The notes: generated from the sequence alone by a model not told the origin. A stretch of 64,000 nt of DNA from an uncultured delta proteobacterium (GCA_963804165.1 CAWDPO010000002.1:128001-192000); one strand, 5' to 3'. Shown: positions 49,938 through 60,959, counted from the first letter of the stretch. Numbers and translations: made by a program.

Positions 49938-50711
49938 TCCAATCTTATTCCTGCACTCCCGCGCGACCCCATCGGTCAGCGACCACCAGATCGACAGGCC
50001 TTTGCGCAGCGCCTTTAACACTCGCACCTGCAATTCATTCGTGGTCGCGAACTGCTCGACCAACTCGTAACCGATATTGCTGTGTTCGGTGTCCGCCTCG
50101 CCATGTTCCGCGAAAAATTCAATATCGTGCGGCTTCAAACCGTAATGATCGCGAAACGCGCGGAAAAACTTGCCGCCGGTCAATTGGTTCGAATACTCGT
50201 TGCAGCAGTTCGTCGACGCTACTTGTTCGAGGATGTGGTTGCTTCGAAGCGCGATGTCGAGCCAGCCAACCCGGGCCAGGACCGTCGTCGGCAGAAAATC
50301 TTCTTCCTCCTCGCAGCGCTCCAACTCTTTTGCAGGGATACCGATGCTTTCACCGAATCGAAGAAACAGCGCGCGGTGGCCCAAAACCGGCCGCGGCGAT
50401 CCTTCGAAGTAGGTATAACCGACCTCGGAATGAATGATATCGACGAATTTCTTATGAATCTCCGGATCGTGGATACCGGACAATTGGCAACGCACCAATT
50501 TCGCCGTATTGATCGCGACATTGTACGCGAAGATTCCCCAGGCCTCCCTCGCCCAAATCTTTACGGCATCTAAGGAAAGCTTGCCTTCATACAAGTCGAG
50601 ATAGAATGGGTGGTACAAGCGCGCATGCTTGTTCTTCACTTCGTTCATCAGCACATCGCAAAACTCCTTGGCCGGTAAAGTCTTGCCGCTCAACACAGCT
50701 TCAGCTGACAT
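49929..50711 (-). CDS. heme-oxygenase-like diiron oxidase (TenA/PqqC/CADD superfamily)
   Basis: HPFY...GKL, E...H (SEVG...GH), NEY, FFAEHGEADTEH. Confidence 0.82.
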   Translation of the reverse strand: MSAEAVLSGKTLPAKEFCDVLMNEVKNKHARLYHPFYLDLYEGKLSLDAVKIWAREAWGIFAYNVAINTAKLVRCQLSGIHDPEIHKKFVDIIHSEVGYTYFEGSPRPVLGHRALFLRFGESIGIPAKELERCEEEEDFLPTTVLARVGWLDIALRSNHILEQVASTNCCNEYSNQLTGGKFFRAFRDHYGLKPHDIEFFAEHGEADTEHSNIGYELVEQFATTNELQVRVLKALRKGLSIWWSLTDGVARECRNKIGLE

Positions 50712-50755
50712 TTTTCACCTCTAATAGTTTCTCGTAGCCTCGCAGGCCGCAAATC

Positions 50756-50820
50756 AGATCCTTCACTTCGTCAGGATGACAGTAGAGGTGAGATGTCATT
50801 CTGAGCAAAGCGAAGAATCT
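50756..50820. repeat. GTCAT/ATGAC-type palindromic repeat
   Basis: agatccttcacttcgtcaggatgac ... gtcattctgagcaaagcgaagaatct; contains the stop codon of the upstream VOC ORF. Confidence 0.7.
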
Positions 50821-51317
50821 GTTTTCCAGCCTTCGTTAGCGAGGAATGATCCCAGTGTCTGGACGCAAATCCTAGCTTTCATGCTCTTTGTCTGCCGTCG
50901 ATTGTCGAACTGAAATTTATTCGCGTTACAGGCGATCTCGACGCGGTTGCCGTCCGGATCGAGAAAACTGATCGAACGGTTGCCGGCAACCACGAGCGTC
51001 TCCGGACCGCTGACGATGGGAATCTTGCGCCGTCTCAAAATTGGAGAGAGCTTGTCGATGATGCCGTTCGAGTCGACGTAGATGCAGAAATGGTGCACCT
51101 TGGGCATGCCCTTACCCGCCACATGCTTCGAACCCTTCGGCAAAGCCTGTAAAGCGATGTCGTGATGCTCTTTGCCGTAGCTCAGAAACGTCATCTTGGT
51201 CTCCAAGTTCCGCGCGGAAACATTCAGACCGAGAATGGACTGATAAAATTGTTCCGATTTTTTGAGGTCGGCGACATTGAGAACGAGGTGACCGAGCGCG
51301 CCGTTCTTGACAATCAT
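50796..51317 (-). CDS. VOC family protein
   Basis: LGHLVLNV, FLS..KEHHDIAL, VHHF, FLDPDGNRVEI. Confidence 0.88.
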   Translation of the reverse strand: MIVKNGALGHLVLNVADLKKSEQFYQSILGLNVSARNLETKMTFLSYGKEHHDIALQALPKGSKHVAGKGMPKVHHFCIYVDSNGIIDKLSPILRRRKIPIVSGPETLVVAGNRSISFLDPDGNRVEIACNANKFQFDNRRQTKSMKARICVQTLGSFLANEGWKTDSSLCSE

Positions 51318-51500
51318 TTTAGCACCATTAATCGCCTCGATGATTGAGTGTCAAGGTATCCGGCAGAGGTCTGGAATCTTCTATGTTGGGCGCGGCCTAG
51401 AAGTCGCTTTGTAGTTGGAGTACGAATCCTTGCACTGCGCCGCGGGCAGCATGTAAAACCTCTAACGCCAGCGGAGCTTTAGCGGACTCACGCTTAATAA

Positions 51501-52902
51501 ATGGATGCGGATCAAAATAGAGAAGCCAAAGGGTAATTCGCGCGCGGCGAGTCATCCTGCCAGACGGCATCGCGCCCGCGAGCGTGCATATACAGGACGG
51601 CGTTATATCTAAAGTGGGTGAATGGGATGAGATCGAACCCAGCGGCACGGCTTTTTGATGCGGGCGACCAAGTAATCTTGCCTGGCGCCGTCGATATACA
51701 CGCACATATCAATGAACCGGGCCGAAGCGATTGGGAGGGCTTCGAATCCGCGACCCAAGCAGCCGCGGCTGGCGGGATTACGACACTGGTTGATATGCCT
51801 TTAAACAGCATTCCGCCGACCATCAATGCCGACGCACTCGCTAGAAAGATCGCAGTCCACCGCCGGCAAGCTCTGGATCGACGTCGGCTTTCATGGCGGT
51901 ATTGTGCCCGGCAACGAGACGATTTGCCGCAGTTAATGCGCGATGGCGTGGTAGGGCTTAAGTGTTTTTTGTGCGATTCCGGCGTCGATGAATTTCCCCC
52001 AGTCACTCTCGGACAACTAGCCGCAGCAATCGAGCAGTTGAAAGGCTTTGAGCCCTGGATCCTTGTTCATGCTGAATCTCCTGAAGTCCTGAAGGACAGC
52101 GCGAGCAGGCCTATCGAACCACGCCAACGGCGGCGGTTGGAGCTACGAGGAGTATTTGCGCTCACGACCCGACGAAGCAGAGTACCTCTCGATCCAGCAA
52201 GTGAGTGGGCATCGCGGAAACGATTTCGCGCACGGATCCATATCGTTCATTTGTCGTCCGCCTCCGCTCTGCCGTTGATTGCGCAAGCAAAAGCAAAGCA
52301 TCTCGCGATCACAGCGGAGACCTGCCCGCATTATTTAACTTTTGATGCGGAATCCATTCCGAGAGCGCTACCGAGCTGAAATGCGCCCCGCCCATACGCT
52401 CCGCCGCCAACCGCGAAACTCTTTGGGAAGGATTAAGAGACGGCGTCATCGATATCATCGCCTCCGACCATTCGCCTTGCCTGCCGGACCTGAAGGCGAA
52501 CCGTGATTTCGCCCAAGCCTGGGGTGGAATTGCGTCGCTGCAATGCAGTCTCGCCCGCAGTTTGGAGCGAAGCGCGCCGGCGCGGATTCGGTTTGAGCGA
52601 CTTGGCGCTTTGGATGTGCCAACGACCGGCTGAACTGGCAAATTTGCCAGCGAAAGGAGCCATTGCGCCCGGCAAGGATGCAGATCTGATTTGTTTCGCG
52701 CCGGATGAAGAGTTTGTTTTCGAACGCGGGGCAAATTCTTCATCGTCACAAAATGACGCCCTACTCGGGCCGGCGCATGTGCGGCGTCGTCAAGCAGACC
52801 TTTTTGCGCGGCGCGCTGATATATGATTGCGGCTCATGGAGCGGCGAGCCTGAAGGCCGGATCATTCGCCCGCTGCGGCGGGAATCATCGGGATCAAACT
52901 AG
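51501..52902 (+). CDS. allB: allantoinase (several frameshifts)
   Basis: [66 protein letters not shown]. Confidence 0.85.
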
Positions 52903-52925
52903 GCACTAAGCTGAAAGCAGCGACC

Positions 52926-54769
52926 ATGCGCAGCGACTTCAAAAACCGGCCGTCGAACGATTACGAAACCTTTCCTCGTGAAGCTCTCGACCAATCCATC
53001 GGCGCGCGGTTCGACGAGATCGTGCGCCGGTTTCCCAACAAGCTGGCGGTGCGCACTAGAAAGTATTCATGGACCTATGCCGAGCTGAACACCCGGGCGA
53101 AAAACATTTCTCGGGCGATAAACGGGCACGCAATCTCACGCCCGGCGCCGATTTTGCTCCTTTTCCATCACGATGCGCCGGCGATTGCCGCCGTGCTCGG
53201 CGTCTTGAAATCCGATCATTTCTACTGCGCTCTGGATCCTTCCGTGCCGCTGGAACAAAACAGGACTATCCTTCAACTGCTGCGTCCCCGAGTGTTGCTT
53301 TGCGATCGCGCCAATCTCGACACGAGTGAGAAACTCGCGGAGGGTAGGATCCCGATAGTGAACAGCGACGATGCGCCGGTCGAAACCCGGCCGCGGCGCT
53401 TCGCAGGTCCAAGTTTCCCGGCCGCGCTGGCCTATGTGTTTTTTACTTCGGGAACGACGGGGAAACCGAAGGGCGTCATGGATTCGCATCGGAACGTGCT
53501 GCACAATATTCTCCGCTACACCAACAATCTTCATATCACCGAGCGACGACCGCATCACCTTGTTACAGACCTTGAGCTTCAGCGGTTCCGTATCGAGTTT
53601 GTTTTGCGCCCTGCTCAACGGCGGCACAATTTATCCTTTCGACCTCCGCCGGGAAGGACCCGACGGCTTTAGCGGATTGGATATCGGAGCAGGAAATCAC
53701 GATTTATCATTCGGTGCCGTCAATTTTTCGTCTGATCGCCGGCGAAGGACGCCGCTTTCACCAAACTGCGCCTCATTCGACTGGAAGGCGATCAAGCATC
53801 CCCCGCCGACGCCGCCCTATTTCAGAAAAATTTTCACGCGTCCTGCAGTCTCGTCAACGGACTGGGCGCCACCGAGTGCGGCATTGTCCGGCAGTTCTTT
53901 GTGGGCACGGATTCACCGCCTCCTCACCGGTCCCTGCCAATTGGCCATGCGATCGAAGATATGGAGGTATCGGTGCTCGACGAGCAGGGATGTCCGGCGC
54001 CCTGCGGCGACATCGGTGAAATCGCCGTAAAAAGCCGCTATCTCGCGGTCGGTTACTGGCGGCAACCCGATCTGACGGCCGAAGCCTTCAAACCGGCATT
54101 CGACGATCCGGAAGCGCGTATTTACCGCACCGGCGATCTTGGTCGATTGGACGAAGACGGCTGCCTCGATTATCTAGGGCGAAAAGATTTTAACGAAAAA
54201 GTCAGGGGCCAGCGCGTAAACTTGGCGAATATCGAGGCCGAGTTTCTACTCATCGACGGCGTTCGGGAAGCTGTTGCGGTCGTGCAAGGCCTGACCGGCA
54301 AGGTGAAAATCAGATCGCCGTTTACTATACTGAATGGGATGACCAGCCGGTGAATCTCGACGAAGTTTGGAACCGTTTGCGCGATCGCCTCGAAAGCCAT
54401 TCGCTGCCCTCGGCTCTGATAAAGCTTGATCGCCTGCCGCTAACTGCCAACGGCAAAGTCGACCGGCGTGCTTTGCCGCATCCTCACAAGCAGCGCCTGC
54501 TCGCCGCACCTGCGACTCCGCCAAAAACTCAAAGCGAGCTCAGACTCGTCGCCATCTGGAAAGACATCCTTGGCCTGGATCAGATCGGAATCGACGATTC
54601 CTTCCTTGAACTGGGGGGCGATTCGTTACAACTCATGCGCATGCTCAACCGAGTACGGCAAATCTTCGAACAGGATGTATCGATTCCCGAATTCTTTGCT
54701 TCTCCAACCGTTTCTGCCTTGGCAAAAATTCTGGGCAGCTCAGATAAAATCGTCAACAGTTCATTTTGA
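52926..54769 (+). CDS. stand-alone NRPS-like adenylation + carrier (A-T) protein (frameshifted)
   Basis: YVFFTSGTTGKPKG, GATE, YRTGDLG, KVRGQRV, NGKVDR, LGGDSL. Confidence 0.88.
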
Positions 54770-54798
54770 ATGCGCTAAACGATTACAAGGAGATACTC

Positions 54799-55508
54799 GT
54801 GAAAATACTCGTCGTGATGGGCGAATACCCGCCCGAAGAAGGTGAACGGCGTCGGCAAGCTGTTTTGAAGTGCGCGTCAGCCAGGCACGGAGATCGGTTT
54901 CGACGTGATCAAAGCGACATTCTTTCGGCGTTCCAACTCACAGGTTAATTCTCTTTCCGCCGGGCCGCTCGTTGCCGAAGTTGCCGTAAAAGCCGAAGCG
55001 GACGGTTACGACGCCGTGGTGCCGTTCGGTACCTTGGATGCCGGCGTCGAGCTGGCGCGAAACTTGATTCGAATTCCTATCGTCGGCGCGGGACAATCCG
55101 TTCTGCATCTCGGTGCGCAATTAAGCAACCGACTCGGCGTCATCGCCTACGAAGCGAAAAGCATTGCGTTCATGCGCAAACAAATGCACGCCTGGCGAGT
55201 CGCCGATTCGGTCGTGGGAATTCGCAGCGTAGAGATTCCGCTGCCCGAAAGCACAAAAAACCGCGACGCCATGCGCAACCGCTTCATCGAAGTGGCCCGC
55301 GAGCTCATCGACAATCACGACGCCGAGATCATCGTGCCCATGGGTGTCACGATGGTGCCGGTGCAATATGCGCCAGCAAGAATTCGAAAAAGAGCTCGGC
55401 GTACCTGTAATGGACGCGCTCAAGACCAGCATCCAAACCGCTGAAATGCTCGTGCGCATGGGCCTTACGCACAGCACGAAGACCTACCCGCGACCGCCGG
55501 CCAATTAG
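54799..55508 (+). CDS. Asp/Glu/hydantoin racemase family protein (frameshifted)
   Basis: AEADGYDAVV, AR....IPIVG, ELGVPVMD, GLTHS..TY; catalytic Cys positions are Gly. Confidence 0.8.
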
Positions 55509-55536
55509 TGTTGAGTTATGAGTGCTGAGGACTGAG
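55509..55536. repeat. 7-bp tandem array (NNNTGAG)x4
   Basis: tgttgag ttatgag tgctgag gactgag, directly after the stop codon. Confidence 0.65.
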
Positions 55537-55553
55537 AGTTTGTGGATACCTAA

Positions 55554-56426
55554 ATGCGCAATTTCGATCTGATCGAACCGACGAAACTGCAGGACGCTTG
55601 CGCGATTCTTGCCGCGGACGAGGACGCGAAGCCCGTCGCCGGAGGAACGGCGCTTCTGACGATTATCAAACAGGGCTTGCTGCTGCCGAAGTTACTGGTC
55701 AACCTCAAAAAGATAAATGACGCATCGGCCATCACGTTCGATCCGCAACAGGGGCTTCGCATCGGCGCCCTGGCGACGATCAACGAAATCGAAACGTCTC
55801 CGCTCGTTCAGCGATACTACCCTGCCCTCGCCGAGGCCTGCCACGTCGTCGCCAATATACGTATTCGTAACATGGCGACCATCGGCGGCAATCTGGCTCA
55901 CGCCGATTATCAATCTGATCCGCCGACTGTGCTCGTCGCATTGGACGCGTACATCGAGCTCATCAGTCCAAGCGGCATTCGACGCATGAAGTTAACCGAA
56001 TTCCAGCTCGGCAGCTACGAAACTGCGCTCGAGCCGGGAGAATTGATTTCCGCGATTATCATTCCACCGATGCCGCAAGGCATGACCGGGCATTACATCA
56101 AATTTACCATTGGTTCGTCGGAAGAGCGGCCGTGCGCCGGTGTCGCTGCGTTCACATGCATAGAGGACGGGATTTGTCGCGAATTTCGTCTTGCCGTTGG
56201 CGCAGTTTCGCCCCGCTCCCTACGCATCGCCGCAGGTGAAGAGGCGGCTCGTGACATGATTCTGACCGATCAATTGATCGATAGCATCGCCTTCGAAGCG
56301 GCGCGTCTCGTCGAACCCATCGGTGACCTACGCGGCTCGGCGGAATACAAGCGCCATCTGGTTCGCGTGCTCGTGCGCAGAGCAATCACTATTGTGACCA
56401 ACGGAAGAATGGAGACAGCGGCATGA
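55554..56426 (+). CDS. xanthine dehydrogenase family FAD-binding subunit (CoxM-like)
   Basis: AGGT, IRNMATIGGNLAH, DLRGSAEYK. Confidence 0.93.
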   Translation: MRNFDLIEPTKLQDACAILAADEDAKPVAGGTALLTIIKQGLLLPKLLVNLKKINDASAITFDPQQGLRIGALATINEIETSPLVQRYYPALAEACHVVANIRIRNMATIGGNLAHADYQSDPPTVLVALDAYIELISPSGIRRMKLTEFQLGSYETALEPGELISAIIIPPMPQGMTGHYIKFTIGSSEERPCAGVAAFTCIEDGICREFRLAVGAVSPRSLRIAAGEEAARDMILTDQLIDSIAFEAARLVEPIGDLRGSAEYKRHLVRVLVRRAITIVTNGRMETAA

Positions 56427-58705
56427 CCCTCGTCGGAACCAACGTCGAGATGGTCGGCGCTCGCGCTAAAGTCAGCGGCGCAGTGAATTATATCGCCGAT
56501 CTGGAACTTCCCGGGCAGCTTTACGCTAAAGCGCTGCGCAGTCCCTACCCTCACGCGAAGCTCGTGCGAATCGACACCAGCAAAGCCTCGGCGCTGGCGG
56601 GTGTGCGCGCAGTGGTGACACGCGACGATCTTGTTGAATTGAGTCCATGCTTCGGCACAGGCGTCGAAGACCAACCTGTCGTCGTCTTCGACAAGGCGCG
56701 CTATGTCGGCGACATTATCGCCGCCGTCGCCGCCGACAGCCGCGAGATCGCCGAGGAAGCGGTTGCTCTCATCGAAGTCGAATACGAAGAGCTGCCGGCA
56801 GTCACGGACATTCTCGAAGCAGCGAAGCCCGGCGCGCCGATTATTCACGAACAACATGTCGACAAAGCTGCAGGCGGCAATATCCACGGCGTTTATCGCG
56901 CTACCAGCGGCGACATCGAGCAAGGCTTCAAAGAAGGCGACGAAGTTATTGAAAACACTTATCTTTTACCGCCGGTCCAACACGGTCACATCGAACCGCA
57001 CGCCGTAACGGCGTTGTGGGAACCCGGCGGGAAACTCGTTGTCCACTCGCCTTGCCAGACTCCGTCGCCGCTGCAAGAGCAACTCGCCAAAGTGTTCAAG
57101 CTGCCGCTGAATCGAGTTCGAGTCATCGTTCCGCCCGTCGGCGGCGGTTACGGCGGCAAGAACCACGCGCGCATCGAGCCGATAGCCGCGTTGCTCGCCT
57201 TGAAAGCGCGCTGCCCCGTGCAGTGGATGCTTACCCGCGACGAAGTTTTTCTCACTGGCCGGCGCTTCGGCGCACTTATCAAAATTAAAACCGGCTTCAA
57301 GCACGACGGTAGATTGTGGGCGCGTAAAGTCGAGGCCTGGTATGACATGGGAGCCTACGCGCTCTCCGGTCCGGCCAACACGAAGAACGCCTGTATCATC
57401 GCCGGCGGCCCGTACAATATTCCACACCGTGATTTCACGACGTATGCGGTCTACACCAATCTCCCTCCTGCGGGCCCCTATCGCGGCGTCGGCGCGTCCC
57501 ACGTCTGCTGGGCTTATGAGTCGGAGATGGACGAGATCGCGCGCCGCGTCCGCATGGACCCGCTCGAATTACGCCTGAAGAATCTACTTAAAGAAAGCGA
57601 TCGATTCATTACCGGCGAACCGATGATCTCCGTGGGAATTTCCGAATGCGTACGCCAAGCGGCCAAAGCCATTGATTGGCGCGGCAATGAAGAACAAGCG
57701 GCAAAATCCACTGGACCGTTTGTCCGCGGCAAAGGTCTGGCGGTCGCCATTAAAAGCACGTCGACACCGAGCACTTCGGCGGCAAGCGTGCGCCTCAACT
57801 CCGACGGCTCGGCGGTTTTGCTGACGAGCAGCGCCGAGATCGGTCAAGGCGCGCACACCTCGCTCGCGCAGATCGTCGGCGACGTGCTCGGTTTGCCGTT
57901 GGATAGAGTAAGCGTCACTTTTCCTGATACCGATGTGACGCCCTACGATAAATCCACCAGCTCGAGCCGAACGACTTTTCACATGGGTCGCGCCGCGCAA
58001 ATCGCCGCTGGTCAGATACGCGATCAGCTCTTGCAAGCCGGCGCCAAGTCCCTCGAAGCGCGTGTCGAGGATTTGGAATTGAAAGACATGCGCCTGCAGG
58101 TAAGAGGCGTTCCGGAAAAGAATCTGACCATTCCCCAACTGTTTCGCGCGATCTACGGCGAGCCGAGCGGCAGCCTCTTCGGCAACCACACACTGCGCAC
58201 CGAAGGCGGTGTCGATTCCAAAACCGGAAAAGGCAAAGGATCGTCCTTCTGGTTTTATTCCGCTGCAGGCGCCGAAGTTGAAGTCGATATCGAAACCGGC
58301 AAAGTGCGCGTGCTGAAAGTTGCCACCGCCGTAGACGTCGGCAAGGCGATTCATCCAAGACAATGCGATCTGCAAAACGAAGGCTCCGCGCTCGCCGGCC
58401 TCGGCTCGGCGCTTTTCGAAGAGATGCGCTTCGACAACGGCCAGCCGATCAACGGCACATTTCTCGATTACCTGCTGCCGTCCATGCAGGATCATCCTGT
58501 CGAATTCGAATCATTGCTCGTCGAGACACCACATCCCGACGGCCCCTTCGGCGCCAAAGGCATGGGCGAAGCCGGACTCCCGCCGATGGCGGCGGCAATC
58601 GGCAACGCCGTTGCCAATGCGCTCAACGGCGCACGCGTGCGAGACTTGCCGATCAAACCGGATAAAATCATCGCTGCGATCCAAGCCACCAAGAAGGATC
58701 GCTAA
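56423..58705 (+). CDS. xanthine dehydrogenase family molybdopterin-binding subunit
   Basis: RSPYPHA, VGGGYGGK, PYRGVG, EIGQG, AKGMGE. Confidence 0.95.
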   Translation: MTLVGTNVEMVGARAKVSGAVNYIADLELPGQLYAKALRSPYPHAKLVRIDTSKASALAGVRAVVTRDDLVELSPCFGTGVEDQPVVVFDKARYVGDIIAAVAADSREIAEEAVALIEVEYEELPAVTDILEAAKPGAPIIHEQHVDKAAGGNIHGVYRATSGDIEQGFKEGDEVIENTYLLPPVQHGHIEPHAVTALWEPGGKLVVHSPCQTPSPLQEQLAKVFKLPLNRVRVIVPPVGGGYGGKNHARIEPIAALLALKARCPVQWMLTRDEVFLTGRRFGALIKIKTGFKHDGRLWARKVEAWYDMGAYALSGPANTKNACIIAGGPYNIPHRDFTTYAVYTNLPPAGPYRGVGASHVCWAYESEMDEIARRVRMDPLELRLKNLLKESDRFITGEPMISVGISECVRQAAKAIDWRGNEEQAAKSTGPFVRGKGLAVAIKSTSTPSTSAASVRLNSDGSAVLLTSSAEIGQGAHTSLAQIVGDVLGLPLDRVSVTFPDTDVTPYDKSTSSSRTTFHMGRAAQIAAGQIRDQLLQAGAKSLEARVEDLELKDMRLQVRGVPEKNLTIPQLFRAIYGEPSGSLFGNHTLRTEGGVDSKTGKGKGSSFWFYSAAGAEVEVDIETGKVRVLKVATAVDVGKAIHPRQCDLQNEGSALAGLGSALFEEMRFDNGQPINGTFLDYLLPSMQDHPVEFESLLVETPHPDGPFGAKGMGEAGLPPMAAAIGNAVANALNGARVRDLPIKPDKIIAAIQATKKDR

Positions 58706-58712
58706 ATGAAAA

Positions 58713-59168
58713 TTGCCCTCGATCACCACGATCAACGGCCAGCGCCAGGAAATCCAGGTCAACGGGAATCAAACTCTTTTGGAGTTTCTCCGTGACGATC
58801 TAAAACTTAAAGGAACGGTTGAAGGCTGCAGCGTCGGAGTTTGCGGCTCCTGCACAGTGCTGATCGACGGTAAACCGGTCAGCTCCTGCCTATCCCTCGC
58901 GAGCAACATCGAAGGCAAACAAGTCACGACCATCGAAGGCCTATCGCAAAACGGCGACCTCGATCCCGTGCAACAAGCCTTTCTCAAACACCAAGCCTTT
59001 CAATGCGGCTTTTGCACGACGGGCATGATTATGGCGGTCAAAGGCTTGCTAAACGCCCATCCCCATCCGACCGAAGAACAGGCGCGCGATTATCTGTCTG
59101 GAAATTTGTGCCGGTGCGGGACGTACAAGGAGGTGTTGGCGGCAGTGGTAGATTTAGCCGGCACATAA
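58713..59168 (+). CDS. (2Fe-2S) subunit (CoxS-like)
   Basis: GCSVGVCGSCTV, QCGFCT, NLCRC; true start may be ATG 58706 with an indel. Confidence 0.93.
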   Translation: MPSITTINGQRQEIQVNGNQTLLEFLRDDLKLKGTVEGCSVGVCGSCTVLIDGKPVSSCLSLASNIEGKQVTTIEGLSQNGDLDPVQQAFLKHQAFQCGFCTTGMIMAVKGLLNAHPHPTEEQARDYLSGNLCRCGTYKEVLAAVVDLAGT

Positions 59169-59222
59169 CCTGGACGAATTGCCGCCAGTGTCCTGGAGCC
59201 AAAGTTCGCAACAAAATTAAAT

Positions 59223-59320
59223 CGTCATTCCGGGCAACCCCGGATCACAGTCCGGGGTTGCGCGACCCGGAATCCAGGAGTTTCAAAGACTTCTGGATGC
59301 CGGTTTTCACCGGCATGACG
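59223..59320. repeat. GTCAT...ATGAC palindromic intergenic repeat
   Basis: cgtcattccgg...ccggaatccag ... ctggatgccgg...ccggcatgacg, with internal hairpin aaccccgga/tccggggtt. Confidence 0.75.
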
Positions 59321-59430
59321 GCATAACGCTGAATGACTTGTTCAAACAACTTTAAATCCACGACGCCAGTGCTTCTATCGATTCAACATCCGCAGCAGCC
59401 AGCTAGACCTCAACGCCGAGGAAGAACATT

Positions 59431-60315
59431 ATGAAGGCGTTTATCTCGCTTCTAATCCTGTCGACGATCGCGTTATGGACAAATCAACCGATATTTTCTT
59501 CAGAATCGTCCGGCTCGGACACAGTGACGATGAGATGGCTCGGTACGGCAGGTTGGGAGATACAGGTCGGAGGGACGGTTATCCTTATCGATCCGTTTCT
59601 CACAAGGAAAACGGCGTCGGCAAATTCCGAGTGGAAGACAAATGAGGAAGAAGTGCTCAGGATCATCAAGAAAGCCGATTTCATATTCGCCGGCCATAGC
59701 CACGCCGACCACATCGCCGACATTCCTTTCATCGCGAAGCGCTTCGGTTCCAAAGTCATCGGATCCAGAACTACCACCAATATCGCTTTGACCGCCGGAG
59801 TAGACAAGTCACAGCTGACGACCATCGCCAGCGGAGAAAAACTCGAGTTCAAGGATTTCTCGGTCGAGGTCATAGAAAGCCAGCACGGCGTTCTCAATCG
59901 ATCCGGCCGGCGGCGCCAACCTAAGTCTGACGAAATTCTCGAACCATGGTCAGGCCCCATCAAAGGCGACGCCTTCGTCGAAGGCGGCAGCTATCTCTAT
60001 TATTTCATCTTCGGCAAGCACCGCGTGCTGCATCAGAGTACGGGAAATTTTATCGAGGCCAAGCTCAATACAATTCAGCCCGACGTTGCCCTACTCGCGG
60101 ATAATAGTAATTACGATTGGCCGGACGCGTTGAAAATCATCCGGCCAAAAACCGTGGTGATCCACCACTACGACGAATGGCGCACACCCTTCTCGGAAGG
60201 TATCCCGGAATCAAATCGGCGCAGGGCACAGCGCTTCGAACGCGTCATTAAAAGCTTCGACAGCAAGATCAAGGTAATTATTCCAGAGCTTCTGGGGACG
60301 ATATCGTTGGATTAA
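59431..60315 (+). CDS. secreted MBL-fold metallo-hydrolase
   Basis: Signal peptide; WLGTAG, IDPF, HSHADH, HHYD. Confidence 0.9.
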   Translation: MKAFISLLILSTIALWTNQPIFSSESSGSDTVTMRWLGTAGWEIQVGGTVILIDPFLTRKTASANSEWKTNEEEVLRIIKKADFIFAGHSHADHIADIPFIAKRFGSKVIGSRTTTNIALTAGVDKSQLTTIASGEKLEFKDFSVEVIESQHGVLNRSGRRRQPKSDEILEPWSGPIKGDAFVEGGSYLYYFIFGKHRVLHQSTGNFIEAKLNTIQPDVALLADNSNYDWPDALKIIRPKTVVIHHYDEWRTPFSEGIPESNRRRAQRFERVIKSFDSKIKVIIPELLGTISLD

Positions 60316-60548
60316 CTCCAATGAGGAACAAGCGCACGGCCATCTGTCCGGAAACTTCAGTAGCTGCGGGAAGTAAGACGAAGTCTTCGCAGCTCTCTAA
60401 GAACGCTCTCAAGAATGACGAGCCTCACGAAATTGTTCCTATTCCTATCAAGTTGTGCTCCTCTATCTGGGAAGATATAAGATCAATGCAGTTCCGGCAG
60501 GTTACCATGCATTACGAAGCTTAATGTTTCGATTTTATCGGAGGTCTT

Positions 60549-60959
60549 ATGCGATTCTTTGCCGTATTTCTAATGCTGTCTCTCACCGCCTGCGCCACGA
60601 CGCCGGTGACTATTCAGCAAGCGTCTGCGATACCGGGCTCACGTATCTTGGCACCGCAGCTGGTCTCTCAAACGTCCAATACGGGCAGCCTGATCGTAAA
60701 GCGCGACAGCGGTTTCATGGGGTCGGCATGCACGATTCGCGTTTTTGTAGATGCCGTGCCGGTCGCTGATCTTAGGCCAGCCGAGAAAGTCGAACTGTTC
60801 GTCCCGTTCGGGGAGCATAGTGTCGTCGTCACGCCGAATGGTATTTGCGGTGGCGGCACTTCTGAAACGGCAGTGGTGATCATGCCCGAGCGTCAGAGGA
60901 TTCTGCGGATCGCCAGCGGTCAAAGCGGCGACATTTATCTTCAGCCGAGCGCGTTCTGA
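60549..60959 (+). CDS. putative lipoprotein
   Basis: LTAC lipobox; RDSGFMGSAC; GGAGG RBS. Confidence 0.8.
   Translation: MRFFAVFLMLSLTACATTPVTIQQASAIPGSRILAPQLVSQTSNTGSLIVKRDSGFMGSACTIRVFVDAVPVADLRPAEKVELFVPFGEHSVVVTPNGICGGGTSETAVVIMPERQRILRIASGQSGDIYLQPSAF

Noticed and set aside
55554-59168. Aerobic CO dehydrogenase
   Set aside because: Active-site loop is PYRGVG, not form I AYxCSFR; only the general Mo-hydroxylase family is supported
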